Positions 1 to 9,569 are shown, counted from the first letter of the stretch. The stretch is 64,000 bases of DNA from Patescibacteria group bacterium (GCA_025999275.1 AP024680.1:684522-748521); one strand, 5' to 3'. Notes: generated from the sequence alone by a model not told the origin. Translations and numbers: made by a program.

Positions 1-296
1 GAAGAATTACAACTATACTTGACCATCAAACCAACAAGAGTTAGCACATCAAGACTTATACTATTGTTCTCCCCAACCAAATCCGCCAAAACATCTGTGC
101 CATAAAAATCTAAATCTTCCTTTTTGATCAAGACCTGCTGATTATTTATTTCACCGGTTTCCAACAGCCGAATAACCTCCGCTGCCAGATAAACTTTGGC
201 TACACTCGCAACTTCCCTTGCAACACTCGAATCTTTATCAGCCAAAATCTTTGCCCCTGAAGAATCAAACCTGACCAATAAAAATGATTCTTCCAT
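1..296 (-). CDS. Serine hydrolase, class A beta-lactamase/PBP-like (5' part; runs off window; not in ORF track)
   Basis: Hand translation MEESFLLVRFDSSGAKILADKDSSVAREVASVAKVYLAAEVIRLLETGE...LVGLMVKYSCNS shows SxxK (SVAK) and SxN (SCN) motifs at class A-like spacing. Confidence 0.75.
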   Translation of the reverse strand, partial: MEESFLLVRFDSSGAKILADKDSSVAREVASVAKVYLAAEVIRLLETGEINNQQVLIKKEDLDFYGTDVLADLVGENNSISLDVLTLVGLMVKYSCNS

Positions 297-308
297 TTGA
301 ATGCTCAT

Positions 309-1559
309 TTACTCAACTACCACTGGCACTGATATCCCTGTACCTGCATTAATTTTCCCTTTAGATCTGCCAAATTGCTCACTTGTACAACCAAATGCCT
401 CCAAACTAATTCTTATTCTATCATCAAATCCTTTAAACCAATACACTCTAAGCAAAATCTTCAAATCTGTTTTACTATTACCCACCGACAACCTAGCAGT
501 AATAGGACTAACGTCCTCTTGGCATAACCAAACAACTTGCTCGGCAGGAACTCTTTCAAGAAAATCAGCTATTTCTTTAATCCTCAACGCATCTCCACCA
601 CTCTTACCTAATAGTAAGCTACTTGCCTGGCCAAAATCCCTTGCTATTAGAGATCGTAAAACATCTTTAGCCCACCTTTTAATCTCAGTATATTTAACAA
701 CATAAGCCTCACCTGCAGCTTCAAGTTTAATCCAAGGATGCTTTATTATCTGTTCTTCAGTAACATCAGTCCCCAAAACTATCTGCCCTGGAAACAATTG
801 TGGTTCTACATTTACTAAATGTCTCATAAAACCGCGGTAACCGAAATATGAAGAGATCAAAGGATTAATTACGGGTATTTTTTCCTTCCTTATTATCTCC
901 TCCAACTCCGGATACTTGGATGTAAAGATGTTGTTACTACAAAATCTCAAGATAATATAGGGAGTAAAACTCCCAAAATTATATTTATTGACAAAAGCCT
1001 CTGCATCACAAAAGACAGCCTCCATCCCACTATCTGACAGCTTGGAGACCACCCTTTCATAGGCTCTCCAAAAAGGGTTCTTTCGACTACCTAGAATTAA
1101 AATTCGACTGTAATTTTCCCCCTTTAGATAATCTACTAGATGTCCCAACAAACTAGGTTGGTCGTGTATACCCAAGATATCTTGCCTAAGATCCTGCAAA
1201 CCCATAGCTTGAACCCTCGGATTTACTTCAAGTATCTTAAAACTACCATCCTCACCTTTATAAATATCAAGACCTCCATACCTCATTTCTGAATTACCAT
1301 AACTATCTATCTGTCTACATCTACCCAGCACCCATAAGTCAGCTCCAATCACAGACGCACTACCCCGGCCATCAAAATCAAAATTATCAATAAGACTAAC
1401 TACTTTTTCTGAAATCAATTGGAGTTTTAGATACTCATCTTTAGTGACTACCAACGGTTCGTCGGCAACAAGATTCTCCTGGGGGATCTCACCCTCAGCA
1501 CCAAAGAGAATACGATTCTTTGAATCACTATGATTTTCAAGCCAAATTTCAGTTGCCAT
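309..1559 (-). CDS. Putative ATP-grasp-type amide ligase (glutathionylspermidine synthase/circularly permuted ATP-grasp-like)
   Basis: RYGGLDIYKGEDGSFKILEVN resembles the R/D...ExN metal-binding motif; INPxxS and WLCQE segments. Confidence 0.5.
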   Translation of the reverse strand: MATEIWLENHSDSKNRILFGAEGEIPQENLVADEPLVVTKDEYLKLQLISEKVVSLIDNFDFDGRGSASVIGADLWVLGRCRQIDSYGNSEMRYGGLDIYKGEDGSFKILEVNPRVQAMGLQDLRQDILGIHDQPSLLGHLVDYLKGENYSRILILGSRKNPFWRAYERVVSKLSDSGMEAVFCDAEAFVNKYNFGSFTPYIILRFCSNNIFTSKYPELEEIIRKEKIPVINPLISSYFGYRGFMRHLVNVEPQLFPGQIVLGTDVTEEQIIKHPWIKLEAAGEAYVVKYTEIKRWAKDVLRSLIARDFGQASSLLLGKSGGDALRIKEIADFLERVPAEQVVWLCQEDVSPITARLSVGNSKTDLKILLRVYWFKGFDDRIRISLEAFGCTSEQFGRSKGKINAGTGISVPVVVE

Positions 1560-1743
1560 AAAACAGCTTATTTACACTTATAGGATATATTATATACGCC
1601 TTTCACAAAAAATCAATCAGTTTCTTAATTTTATTCAAACTAAACTTAAAACAGCTTCTACCTCTATTTTCAATAACAAAACAAACTTAAGATAAAGTGT
1701 GATATACTTACTCCAGCTGGAATTTTTGATATTAATTCAAACA

Positions 1744-2790
1744 ATGAAGGCTAATTTATTTGATTATTTCCTCCCTCAAAATTTAATTGCCCAAAAGCCA
1801 GCTAATCCAAGAGATAGCTCCAGACTTTTGGTTTTAGACCGAAATAAAGGCGAAATAAGCCATCATATATTTAGAGATATTGTTAAATTCCTAAATAAAG
1901 GCGATGTTTTAGTCTTCAACGACACCAAAGTTTTCCCTGCAAGGATTATGGCCAAAAAGGAAACTGGCGGAAAAATTGAGATACTTTTTCTTGAAGAAAT
2001 CTCTCCGCAAATATGGCAAGTCCTAACCAAGCCAGCAGTAAAAAAGGGCAAAAAAATAATTTTCAAAAACAAAACTTTTGAATGTGTTGAAAGCGGTTTA
2101 AGAACCTTAGTTAAAACAGATATGGATAAAGAAAAACTACTTCCTTTTCTCAAAAAATTTGGCAAAACTCCCCTACCCCCCTATATTAAAAACGGCCAAA
2201 AAGAATCCTACTTGAGACGAGTCTATCAAACAGTCTACGCTCAAAAAGAAGGTTCTGCTGCCGCGCCAACTGCAGGCTTTCACTTTACCCAAAGTCTAAT
2301 AGAAAAAATCAAAAACAAGGGTGTAAAAATCGAGTTTGTCACCCTGCATGTTGGCCTTGACACTTTTGTCCCAATCAAAACCGAAAATCTGGAAGATCAT
2401 AAAATGCACTCTGAATATTTTGAGATCAAAAAAGAAACAATTAAAAATCTGCTTGAAGCAAAAAGTAAAGGAAAAAGAATAATTGCTGTTGGCACAACCA
2501 CTGTGCGAGCTCTTGAAACATTAGCTTCTGACAAGGTCCGTCCTTGTCAAGGAAAAACAGACATCTTTATCTATCCACCTTATAAATTTAAATTAACAGA
2601 TGCGCTTATTACCAATTTTCACCTGCCAAAATCAACCTTGCTTGCACTTGTTTCAGCTTTCACCTCTTACCCCCAAACCAAAGACAAATTTAAAAGCTTC
2701 CAAAAAAGCCTAATTGGCAAAGCCTACAAGGAAGCTGTTAAAGAAAATTACCGCTTTTACTCTTTTGGAGATGCCTGCTTGATACTATAG
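1744..2790 (+). CDS. queA: S-adenosylmethionine:tRNA ribosyltransferase-isomerase QueA
   Basis: FDYFLPQNLIAQKP, VFNDTKVFPAR, YQTVYA..GSAAAPTAGFHF, TNFHLPKSTL, YRFYSFGDACLI; ATG 1744 preferred over GTG 1699. Confidence 0.97.
   Translation: MKANLFDYFLPQNLIAQKPANPRDSSRLLVLDRNKGEISHHIFRDIVKFLNKGDVLVFNDTKVFPARIMAKKETGGKIEILFLEEISPQIWQVLTKPAVKKGKKIIFKNKTFECVESGLRTLVKTDMDKEKLLPFLKKFGKTPLPPYIKNGQKESYLRRVYQTVYAQKEGSAAAPTAGFHFTQSLIEKIKNKGVKIEFVTLHVGLDTFVPIKTENLEDHKMHSEYFEIKKETIKNLLEAKSKGKRIIAVGTTTVRALETLASDKVRPCQGKTDIFIYPPYKFKLTDALITNFHLPKSTLLALVSAFTSYPQTKDKFKSFQKSLIGKAYKEAVKENYRFYSFGDACLIL
2529..2549. repeat. REP palindrome inside queA, in frame
   Basis: TGACAAGG-TCCGT-CCTTGTCA, identical to the copy at 56319 upstream of the RAYT gene. 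Confidence 0.9.
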
Positions 2791-2816
2791 AACAGAACCT
2801 TTATAATCTTCTTGTT

Positions 2817-2889
2817 GCCTGGATAGCTCAGTCGGCAGAGCGCATTCTTGGTAAGAATGAGGTCTCGGGTTCGATTCCCGATCCAGGCT
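2817..2889 (+). tRNA. tRNA-Thr(GGT)
   Basis: GCCTGGA/TCCAGGC acceptor stem, CATTC-TTGGTAA-GAATG anticodon arm, GGTTCGATTCC T-loop. Confidence 0.96.
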
Positions 2890-2930
2890 CCCACAATAAA
2901 GCAAAATAAACCCTGCTTGCTTCTAGCAAG

Positions 2931-3035
2931 AGAGCGCATTCTTGACCTTACGGCGACTTGAAGTCTAAAGAATGAGGTCTTGAGTTGGATTCCCGATCCA
3001 GGCTCACAAAATAAAGCAAAAAACCCTGCTTGCTT
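2931..3035 (+). pseudogene. Degenerate tandem copy of the 3' part of tRNA-Thr plus its 3' flank, with an insertion in the anticodon loop
   Basis: agagcgcattcttg[accttacggcgacttgaagtcta]aagaatgaggtct...cccgatccaggctc...ataaagcaaa..accctgcttgctt mirrors about 2837-2922. Confidence 0.8.
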
Positions 3036-3153
3036 TTATTGCTCTCCAACAATATTCGATGTTTCAAGCTGATCCACATCCGATATGGTTTAGACTGCCA
3101 CCTTAAAATTTTCCCCAATTGAAAAAAAATAAGCTTCTGATAAAATAAAAAGC

Positions 3154-3327
3154 ATGGCAAAAAAGGGAGCAAGAGAAATAGTTGGTTTAATCTGTAAAGA
3201 TTGCGGAAGCCAAAACTATGTAACCAGCCGCAATAAAGTTAATATGGAAAAAAAGCTGGAGATAAAAAAGTTCTGTCCAAAATGCAAAAAACACACCCTT
3301 CACAAAGAAACAAATAAACTCAAATAA
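3154..3327 (+). CDS. rpmG: 50S ribosomal protein bL33, Zn-ribbon type (not in ORF track)
   Basis: [57 protein letters not shown]. Confidence 0.95.
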   Translation: MAKKGAREIVGLICKDCGSQNYVTSRNKVNMEKKLEIKKFCPKCKKHTLHKETNKLK

Positions 3328-3331
3328 GCAA

Positions 3332-3931
3332 ATGGAGTCAAAAGAATATTTTAGAAGACCCTATGTAGAAGTCAAGGCCGACCCCTCCCCTAGCGAATTT
3401 AAAAAAATAATTGAAGGCAAAAGAACTATTCTTGAAGTGGGATGTGGCGAAACAAATCCTGCAAGAGGAATCTATCCCCGCTGCTCTTGGAAAACAGACT
3501 CGCCCGATATTGTGTGGGTGGGCTGTGACCCCAAAGCCATAGCCGAATCCAACGGAAAAGTATTCATTCAACCTAATCAAAAAACAGACCCAAATAATAT
3601 GATATTTTTTACAAGAGAGGTCGACAATTTGCCCCCCTTTAGCCCAAATTACATCTCATTAGTTGCCCCAAACCCAGAAGACATAGCAAGAGGATTGCTA
3701 TATGATCTCGAAAGATTTCTCAACAGAAGCGGACAAGTTGTTGTGATAGTTCTTGATAACAGAACTTGGGAAAGCAGAATACATGGCCGACAAGCTATTC
3801 AAGAAATAAATCGATGGGCAAGAAATAATAGGTTTGAAGTAATAGAAAGCAGAAAACCAGCAGAGTTTTCTCCCAACTCTGCAGATCTGGGGATATCAGG
3901 AAACAAATGGTTTGTCTTCAAAAAGAGATAA
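3332..3931 (+). CDS. Hypothetical protein, class I SAM-methyltransferase-like
   Basis: ILEVGCG motif I followed by a WVGCD acidic motif II. Confidence 0.5.
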   Translation: MESKEYFRRPYVEVKADPSPSEFKKIIEGKRTILEVGCGETNPARGIYPRCSWKTDSPDIVWVGCDPKAIAESNGKVFIQPNQKTDPNNMIFFTREVDNLPPFSPNYISLVAPNPEDIARGLLYDLERFLNRSGQVVVIVLDNRTWESRIHGRQAIQEINRWARNNRFEVIESRKPAEFSPNSADLGISGNKWFVFKKR

Positions 3932-4015
3932 ATAATTTTGAATGTAGAGTTAATCTTATCTGTTGGAATTCAAAAAATCGATTACAAAAACAATCTTTGA
4001 TATAATTAAACTAGT

Positions 4016-4086
4016 AGGGCTGTAGTTAAATGGCATAACAGCGGTCTCCAAAACCGCTATTGGGGGTTCGATTCCCTCCAGCCCTG
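4016..4086 (+). tRNA. tRNA-Trp(CCA)
   Basis: AGGGCTG/CAGCCCT acceptor; GCGGT-CTCCAAA-ACCGC anticodon arm; GGTTCGATTCC. Confidence 0.95.
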
Positions 4087-4198
4087 CCTAAAAATCTAAT
4101 CCACAATCCACACAATCCGCATCGGATGTGGATTAAATTGATACATCGGATTTAACGCGGCAACCACACAATGCTCGACGACTCTCAAGGGAGAGGAG

Positions 4199-4471
4199 GT
4201 GAAAAGGGTGAAAGACGAAACAATTTTGAAACAAAAGAAAACTTCATCTCCTCTGCCAAAAGACGAAAGTAGCGACTGGTATCCCGTTGGAGCATTTATT
4301 ACCGGAGTATTAATATTTGTGAGCATCTGGATTTATGCTATATCAGAATGGGGCCTTCTTTTAGGTCTAATGTTTGGCTGGATACCAGCTACCATAGGTG
4401 GAGTCGTTGGTGGGTTCCTCTGGCCAATTATTGCTCTTATTATAGTGTGGATCATTATCTCTTCCAGGTAA
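4199..4471 (+). CDS. Small membrane protein, hypothetical
   Basis: SD GGAGG overlapping the GTG start region; 2-3 hydrophobic helices. Confidence 0.6.
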   Translation: MKRVKDETILKQKKTSSPLPKDESSDWYPVGAFITGVLIFVSIWIYAISEWGLLLGLMFGWIPATIGGVVGGFLWPIIALIIVWIIISSR

Positions 4472-4661
4472 ACATTTTAGAGCAAAAGATTAAGAGGGGT
4501 CTAACAAACACTAAACAGCAAAACACAACAAGCTGAGTTTTGTATTAAAAAGATAAACCATTCGGATGTAGATTAACCTGACACATTGGGATTCACAACC
4601 CCAGAAAGAAAGATTCTTAAAGTCATTGACTTAAGGCAAGTATAGGTGTATAAACTAATCA

Positions 4662-5192
4662 ATGGCCTCCAAAGGGCAAACCAATGTAATAATGGCAATA
4701 GTAATTGTTCTTCTTCTTGGAGTCACCGGGCTTCTTGTTTATCAAAACCTTCAGCTCCAACAATTAATAAAAAATAAACCAGAAAATCAAACTGAAGTAG
4801 AAGAGACTGTTGAGACACCAACTCAAGAAACAACAATTTCAGCAACTCCAACCCCCTCTCCCATCCCAACTACAAGCGTTCCCGCCGGCTGGCAGATTTA
4901 TAAAAATGAAAAATACGGCTTTCAAATCGCCTATCCGCCAAAATACAAAGCCCTAACAGATAAAGAAAATCTTTACGGCTGGCCAAATGCGGTAGTCTTA
5001 ATTTATTCAGGCGGACAATCCTACGACCTGCCAATAGAAGTCTGGAACTCTGAATCAGAGTATCAAGCAAAGTATAAAAATGAGCCAAATTTAGTAGTTA
5101 AAAAGGTAAACGGCAAATTTATAACTCTTCTTAACGCAAATCAATCAATCGAAGTTGAGCAAATCATCAAAACTTTCTCCATTTTAGAATAA
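4662..5192 (+). CDS. Membrane-anchored PsbP-like/PT-linker surface protein
   Basis: N-terminal TM, PT linker, WQIYKNEKYGFQIAYP motif typical of CPR PsbP-like proteins. Confidence 0.65.
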   Translation: MASKGQTNVIMAIVIVLLLGVTGLLVYQNLQLQQLIKNKPENQTEVEETVETPTQETTISATPTPSPIPTTSVPAGWQIYKNEKYGFQIAYPPKYKALTDKENLYGWPNAVVLIYSGGQSYDLPIEVWNSESEYQAKYKNEPNLVVKKVNGKFITLLNANQSIEVEQIIKTFSILE

Positions 5193-5196
5193 TAAC

Positions 5197-5982
5197 TCAC
5201 TTTAAATTGTGATGACTCTCCTCACCACACTGGTAAATCCAGTCTACATCCCCATTTAGACTAACTTTTGCATGGCAACCACAAGAAGTATTTTTTATCT
5301 CAACCCCCCAACCCATCTTTAATCTGCTAAAATCATCTGGAGGGTTTTTCGAATTCCTTAATCTTTCAACAATTGGCGCTTTGGGATCAGCAACTACTTC
5401 AAAACCAAACCTGCGATACTCTAACACCATCTGATGCCATAAATAACGCGCCCAATTGTAAGATCTAGGCCTTTTTTCTTTATCCAAAAGATTAATTGGA
5501 AAACGTGGTTTTCTTGGTTTTTCAAATCTTGCCTCCCAAACACAAAAACCACTCAATGATGAGTTAAGAACATTTCTTTCAACAAGCCCTAGATCAATAA
5601 GTTTTCCTTCTCTATCCTCTTTGGGAACTTTCTCACCAGTTTTTTCAAAAACATAAAAAACAGCCGCCTTTTTCATATCCTCAACAGGCACAACTTCCAA
5701 ATCCAAAGAAGTGCAAACAATAACAACAGCAGCAAGTTTCTTGGGTCTCTTATCAACTTCCAACACCTGCCAATTTAATGGGTTAAAATAAGAAATTTCT
5801 ATATTCTCACCATTGTAATTAATTAAAACAGCATCTCCTTTTGGTCTATGTTGCCAAATTTTTCTTTTCTCAAGGAAAGTAACTATTTGACCCCCATAAT
5901 CTTTATCTAAGATGCTTTCAGGCACAAAAAACTTATTATCTTCTATGCCAAACCTCAATTGTGAGCTCATCCTTTCTTTCAT
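5197..5982 (-). CDS. Hypothetical protein
   Basis: 261-aa ORF filling the intergenic gap; C-terminal CGCH/CGE..H cluster. Confidence 0.65.
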   Translation of the reverse strand: MKERMSSQLRFGIEDNKFFVPESILDKDYGGQIVTFLEKRKIWQHRPKGDAVLINYNGENIEISYFNPLNWQVLEVDKRPKKLAAVVIVCTSLDLEVVPVEDMKKAAVFYVFEKTGEKVPKEDREGKLIDLGLVERNVLNSSLSGFCVWEARFEKPRKPRFPINLLDKEKRPRSYNWARYLWHQMVLEYRRFGFEVVADPKAPIVERLRNSKNPPDDFSRLKMGWGVEIKNTSCGCHAKVSLNGDVDWIYQCGEESHHNLK

Positions 5983-6052
5983 AATGCCACTGGCAGTTGT
6001 TTGATAATTTTGTTAAAATTTAAAAGATTATATCAGAAAGGAGGCGATTTTA

Positions 6053-6256
6053 ATGGTTGTTGTCAAAAAACAAAAAGGTGAATCTGAAGACAAACTCATC
6101 AATAGATTTAAAAAAATCGTTTTGGATGAGGGAATTGTTATTGAAGCAAGAGAAAGAAAGGAATACAAACCTAAATCTCAAATCAGAAAAGAAAAAAAAT
6201 ACCGCCTCAAATTTTTGGATGAATTGGCCAGAAAAAGAGCCAAAAAAGACAAATAA
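6053..6256 (+). CDS. rpsU: 30S ribosomal protein bS21
   Basis: VVKKQKGESEDKLINRFKK...EARERKEYKPKSQIRKEK; SD AGGAGG upstream. Confidence 0.9.
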   Translation: MVVVKKQKGESEDKLINRFKKIVLDEGIVIEARERKEYKPKSQIRKEKKYRLKFLDELARKRAKKDK

Positions 6257-6257
6257 T

Positions 6258-6980
6258 CTAGCTTTCAATTATTGAGTCAATAAAAAGTCTGCGGTGAAAT
6301 CTTGTCTTTCCATATTTCTTAAGAGCAAAGATGTGGTCTCTTGTGCCATAACCCTTGTTTTTACCCCAGTTATACTTTTGATAAGCTTTTTTCTCTGAAA
6401 TTTTCTTCATTAGTCTATCTCTATAAACCTTGGCAATAATTGACGCAGCGGCAATAGAAAAAGACTTCTCGTCTCCATGAACCAAAGCCAATTGGCTAGC
6501 TTGGATTTTTAGCTTTTTAGCTTTTCTATTTGCTTTTCTTATCATTTTTCTTGGCATATTAATACCAGCTATATATGGGACATAAAAAGCATCTATGAGT
6601 ATAAAATTTATTCGTCTGTTTATCCTCTCTTCAGCATTTCTAATCGCCCGACGAAAACCCGAAAATGTTGCTTTTGCAATTCCCTTATTGTTAATTTCCG
6701 CAACACTTACAACCCCAACCCCCCAAGTCAAAGCATTTTTTTTAATCCATTTGAAAGACTTCTCTCTTTGTAAAGAAGTCATCTTTTTGGAATCGTTTAT
6801 ATTTATCTTTTGATCCTTGGCCAATTTGGAAATTTCTGAAAAAGAATCAGAAAAAACAACAGCCGCACAAACCAAAGGACCAGCCAACGCTCCCCTCCCT
6901 GCCTCATCAAGGCCGGCAACTAAACCGGGGATTCTCTTACTAACCAATTTTTCGTAATAAAAATTGGGGAGTTTTCTCAC
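6258..6980 (-). CDS. rnhB: Ribonuclease HII
   Basis: GLDEAGRGALAGP, INDSKK, GDEKSFSIAAASIIAKVYRD, NKGYGT, HRRLF. Confidence 0.96.
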   Translation of the reverse strand: MRKLPNFYYEKLVSKRIPGLVAGLDEAGRGALAGPLVCAAVVFSDSFSEISKLAKDQKININDSKKMTSLQREKSFKWIKKNALTWGVGVVSVAEINNKGIAKATFSGFRRAIRNAEERINRRINFILIDAFYVPYIAGINMPRKMIRKANRKAKKLKIQASQLALVHGDEKSFSIAAASIIAKVYRDRLMKKISEKKAYQKYNWGKNKGYGTRDHIFALKKYGKTRFHRRLFIDSIIES

Positions 6981-7399
6981 AATTTTGAAGATGTTTCAAC
7001 TAGTCTATCCAAAACCGAAGCTATATCTTCCAACAACTGCTTTTTGCTATTCCTATCAAGGTTAGCCGCCCCAAAACCTCTTGCTATAATTTCAGGCAGA
7101 TTTTTTTTACCAATCCCTTTTGCCTTCAAAAGTTTAGTCAAAGAATCAAACCATTCGCCTTCTGCAATTAAATTATGATCACTTGTATCAATCTCACCAT
7201 AAACATCGGGTTTCATTTGCGACAGTTCAAAAGCAACTCTGGCTGAAACATTTCTCAAATCGCCTTGCAAATTTTTGGGAATCACTGGTAATCTATCTTT
7301 TCTTTCAACTGGTATAAATTGACCAGATTCGCTAAATCTTGCAACAACCATTTGCCTATCGCCAATATAAAGAATAACCAACCTTTCTCTACCTGCCAT
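6977..7399 (-). CDS. Hypothetical protein
   Basis: 140-aa ORF whose stop overlaps the rnhB start by 4 nt. Confidence 0.6.
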   Translation of the reverse strand: MAGRERLVILYIGDRQMVVARFSESGQFIPVERKDRLPVIPKNLQGDLRNVSARVAFELSQMKPDVYGEIDTSDHNLIAEGEWFDSLTKLLKAKGIGKKNLPEIIARGFGAANLDRNSKKQLLEDIASVLDRLVETSSKL

Positions 7400-7448
7400 A
7401 CTTTAATTATATATTGTCTTGGCAAGTTGTTTTTGGTAGAATTGCGCT

Positions 7449-7634
7449 GTGGGAAAAATAATTGATTACCTTAAAGGAGTTCAACTAGAGCTCTCCAAAG
7501 TCACTTGGCCAAAAAAAGAAGAAACAATAAGATTAACTTTGACAGTAATTGTTTTTTCGGCTATAGTAGCAGGTTATGTGGGAGTTTTAGACTTCCTTTT
7601 TACAAGTTTATTAGCTAAAATCTTTACAAGATGA
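7449..7634 (+). CDS. secE: Preprotein translocase subunit SecE
   Basis: ELSKVTWPKKEE motif plus TM helix; directly upstream of nusG. Confidence 0.95.
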   Translation: MGKIIDYLKGVQLELSKVTWPKKEETIRLTLTVIVFSAIVAGYVGVLDFLFTSLLAKIFTR

Positions 7635-8248
7635 CAAAAGCAAAAGAAGAAAAAAAAGAAGAACAAACACAAGATCAGCCAGTTAAAGTTGTAGGGCATT
7701 TTGTAATCAACAAAGAGGAAAATCCTCTTGCACGCTGGTATGTGGTTCACACTGCTTCAGGGCATGAAATGCGAGTTGCTGAGACCTTAAAACAAAGAGT
7801 TGAGTCAATGGGTTTTGAAAGAAATGTCTTTGAACTAATGGTCCCAACTCAAGACAGAGTCGTTATAAGAAGCGGTAAAAAATCGACTGTAAAAGAAAAG
7901 ATTCTCCCTGGTTATCTTTTGGTTAAAATGATTATGGATGATGCAACTTGGCTTGCTGTCAGAACCACCCCGGGAGTGACAGGATTTGTTGGTGCTGGCA
8001 AAAGTCCTACCCCATTAAGTGAAAAGGAAGTAGAAACCATTCTCAAATTTATCTCAACACCGGCAAAAAGGTTCAAAACCAGATTTTCAACTGGAGAGGC
8101 GGTCAAAATTGTCGACGGGCCATTTTCAGGATTCTTGGGTTCGATTAGCGAAATGGATGAAGAGCGTGGTAAAGTCAAAGTTTTGGTCTCCATCTTCGGC
8201 CGCGAGACTCCAGTCGAGCTTGATTTCTTGCAAATTCAAAAAGTCTAA
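7631..8248 (+). CDS. nusG: Transcription termination/antitermination factor NusG
   Basis: WYVVHTASGHE, PGYLLVKM, TPGVTGFVG, KOW motif, SIFGRETPVELDF. Confidence 0.98.
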   Translation: MTKAKEEKKEEQTQDQPVKVVGHFVINKEENPLARWYVVHTASGHEMRVAETLKQRVESMGFERNVFELMVPTQDRVVIRSGKKSTVKEKILPGYLLVKMIMDDATWLAVRTTPGVTGFVGAGKSPTPLSEKEVETILKFISTPAKRFKTRFSTGEAVKIVDGPFSGFLGSISEMDEERGKVKVLVSIFGRETPVELDFLQIQKV

Positions 8249-8367
8249 ACAGTTATATCAATCTAAAACAAAAAATTGCTTTAAACCAATTTCTACCTAA
8301 AATTTAATATCAAATCAAAAATCACTAAATAGCTGTAATTAAAAGACTATTGTGATATAATTAAAAC

Positions 8368-8610
8368 ATGGTAGAAGCAAAACAAGCAAGCGATCAGATC
8401 ACAGTGGAAAAAACTCCAAAAAAAGGGGCTGGTAGCACTCGGCCTACCCACAAACGAGAAGTTGATAGCGCAATAAAAGAGCTAGACGAAGTCCTTAAAG
8501 AAACAGGAGCTAAAGGAATACAGATAAACCCTGATGGCACCATCAAACTAATTAGAAAAGAAGAACAACAAGAACAACAAGAAGAAGAAAAACAAGAAGA
8601 AAATAAATAA
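8368..8610 (+). CDS. Small charged hypothetical protein
   Basis: 80-aa ORF with TATAAT just upstream of the ATG (near-leaderless arrangement). Confidence 0.5.
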   Translation: MVEAKQASDQITVEKTPKKGAGSTRPTHKREVDSAIKELDEVLKETGAKGIQINPDGTIKLIRKEEQQEQQEEEKQEENK

Positions 8611-8654
8611 AAAAACACCAAGATTCTCCAAACAATCTTCCTTATAAACCACAA

Positions 8655-9569
8655 TCAAGGACCAGCCAATAACTTATCAACCGGAGGAAAAGGACCACAT
8701 GAATTTAAAACAGAAGCCTGCAACCCCATTTTTTCTAATCTTTTCAAAATACCTTGCCTATACCCTTCCAAATTCCCACTTTTGTATAGTGCAGTTATTT
8801 GTTTAACCTCGCCTTGCTCAGTTAAACCAAATATAATAGAAGCCACCCTTTTTGCACCAGGGACAGTTCTTGATTCAACTTCAACGGCTAGATATAAGGC
8901 ATGTGTACAACCCTCAATAATACCCGCTGCAGCCAAACAAATAATCTCTTTAGGCAAAGGAGAATTAGGCTGCAAGAAAGCGGCTTCAACTATAGTTTTT
9001 ATATACTCAGCAAGTTCAGGCCCCCTTCTTTCAATTGTATGTTTGTTCAACTCAATAAGTCTTAAAACTTCCGTACTTGATTTGGCAACGGCAATTGCAC
9101 TAGCGGTCCCAAGTAAAACTAACAGTGCTGTCTCACCAATAGGTGTAGGCTCAAGTAAAGCGGGTGGAGATCCCAGAGCAATAACACTTGCCAAAGAAGG
9201 ATCTAAATTATCTTTAACCAACTGACTTAGACTGGCAGGCAATTCTATAACCCTTTCTTCTCTTGGACCATAAGTTATTTGAACTTTATATTCTTTGGCC
9301 AAATCCTCTATACTGGGAAAATTAGAAGAAATAGCAATAGAAACATCGTCTCCTCCCAAAACACTCTCAACCTCTCTAAGGCTATTTTCCAATTTGTCTA
9401 TTGCTGTCGAAGTCTTTTTATCTAATGACGAAGACCCCGACAGGTTTTCTTCAGGCCTTTGCTGCTCAAATGCTTTAGGGGCACAACTAGCAACCAATGC
9501 AGCCCCACCAGTCAAAGCTAACAATTTCAAAAATTCTCTACGCGAGATTTTACTAATATTTTCTGACAT
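8655..9569 (-). CDS. Putative lipoprotein with twin-arginine-like signal
   Basis: ISRREFLKLLALTGGAALVASC; internal hydrophobic segment EPTPIGETALLVLLG. Confidence 0.7.
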   Translation of the reverse strand: MSENISKISRREFLKLLALTGGAALVASCAPKAFEQQRPEENLSGSSSLDKKTSTAIDKLENSLREVESVLGGDDVSIAISSNFPSIEDLAKEYKVQITYGPREERVIELPASLSQLVKDNLDPSLASVIALGSPPALLEPTPIGETALLVLLGTASAIAVAKSSTEVLRLIELNKHTIERRGPELAEYIKTIVEAAFLQPNSPLPKEIICLAAAGIIEGCTHALYLAVEVESRTVPGAKRVASIIFGLTEQGEVKQITALYKSGNLEGYRQGILKRLEKMGLQASVLNSCGPFPPVDKLLAGP

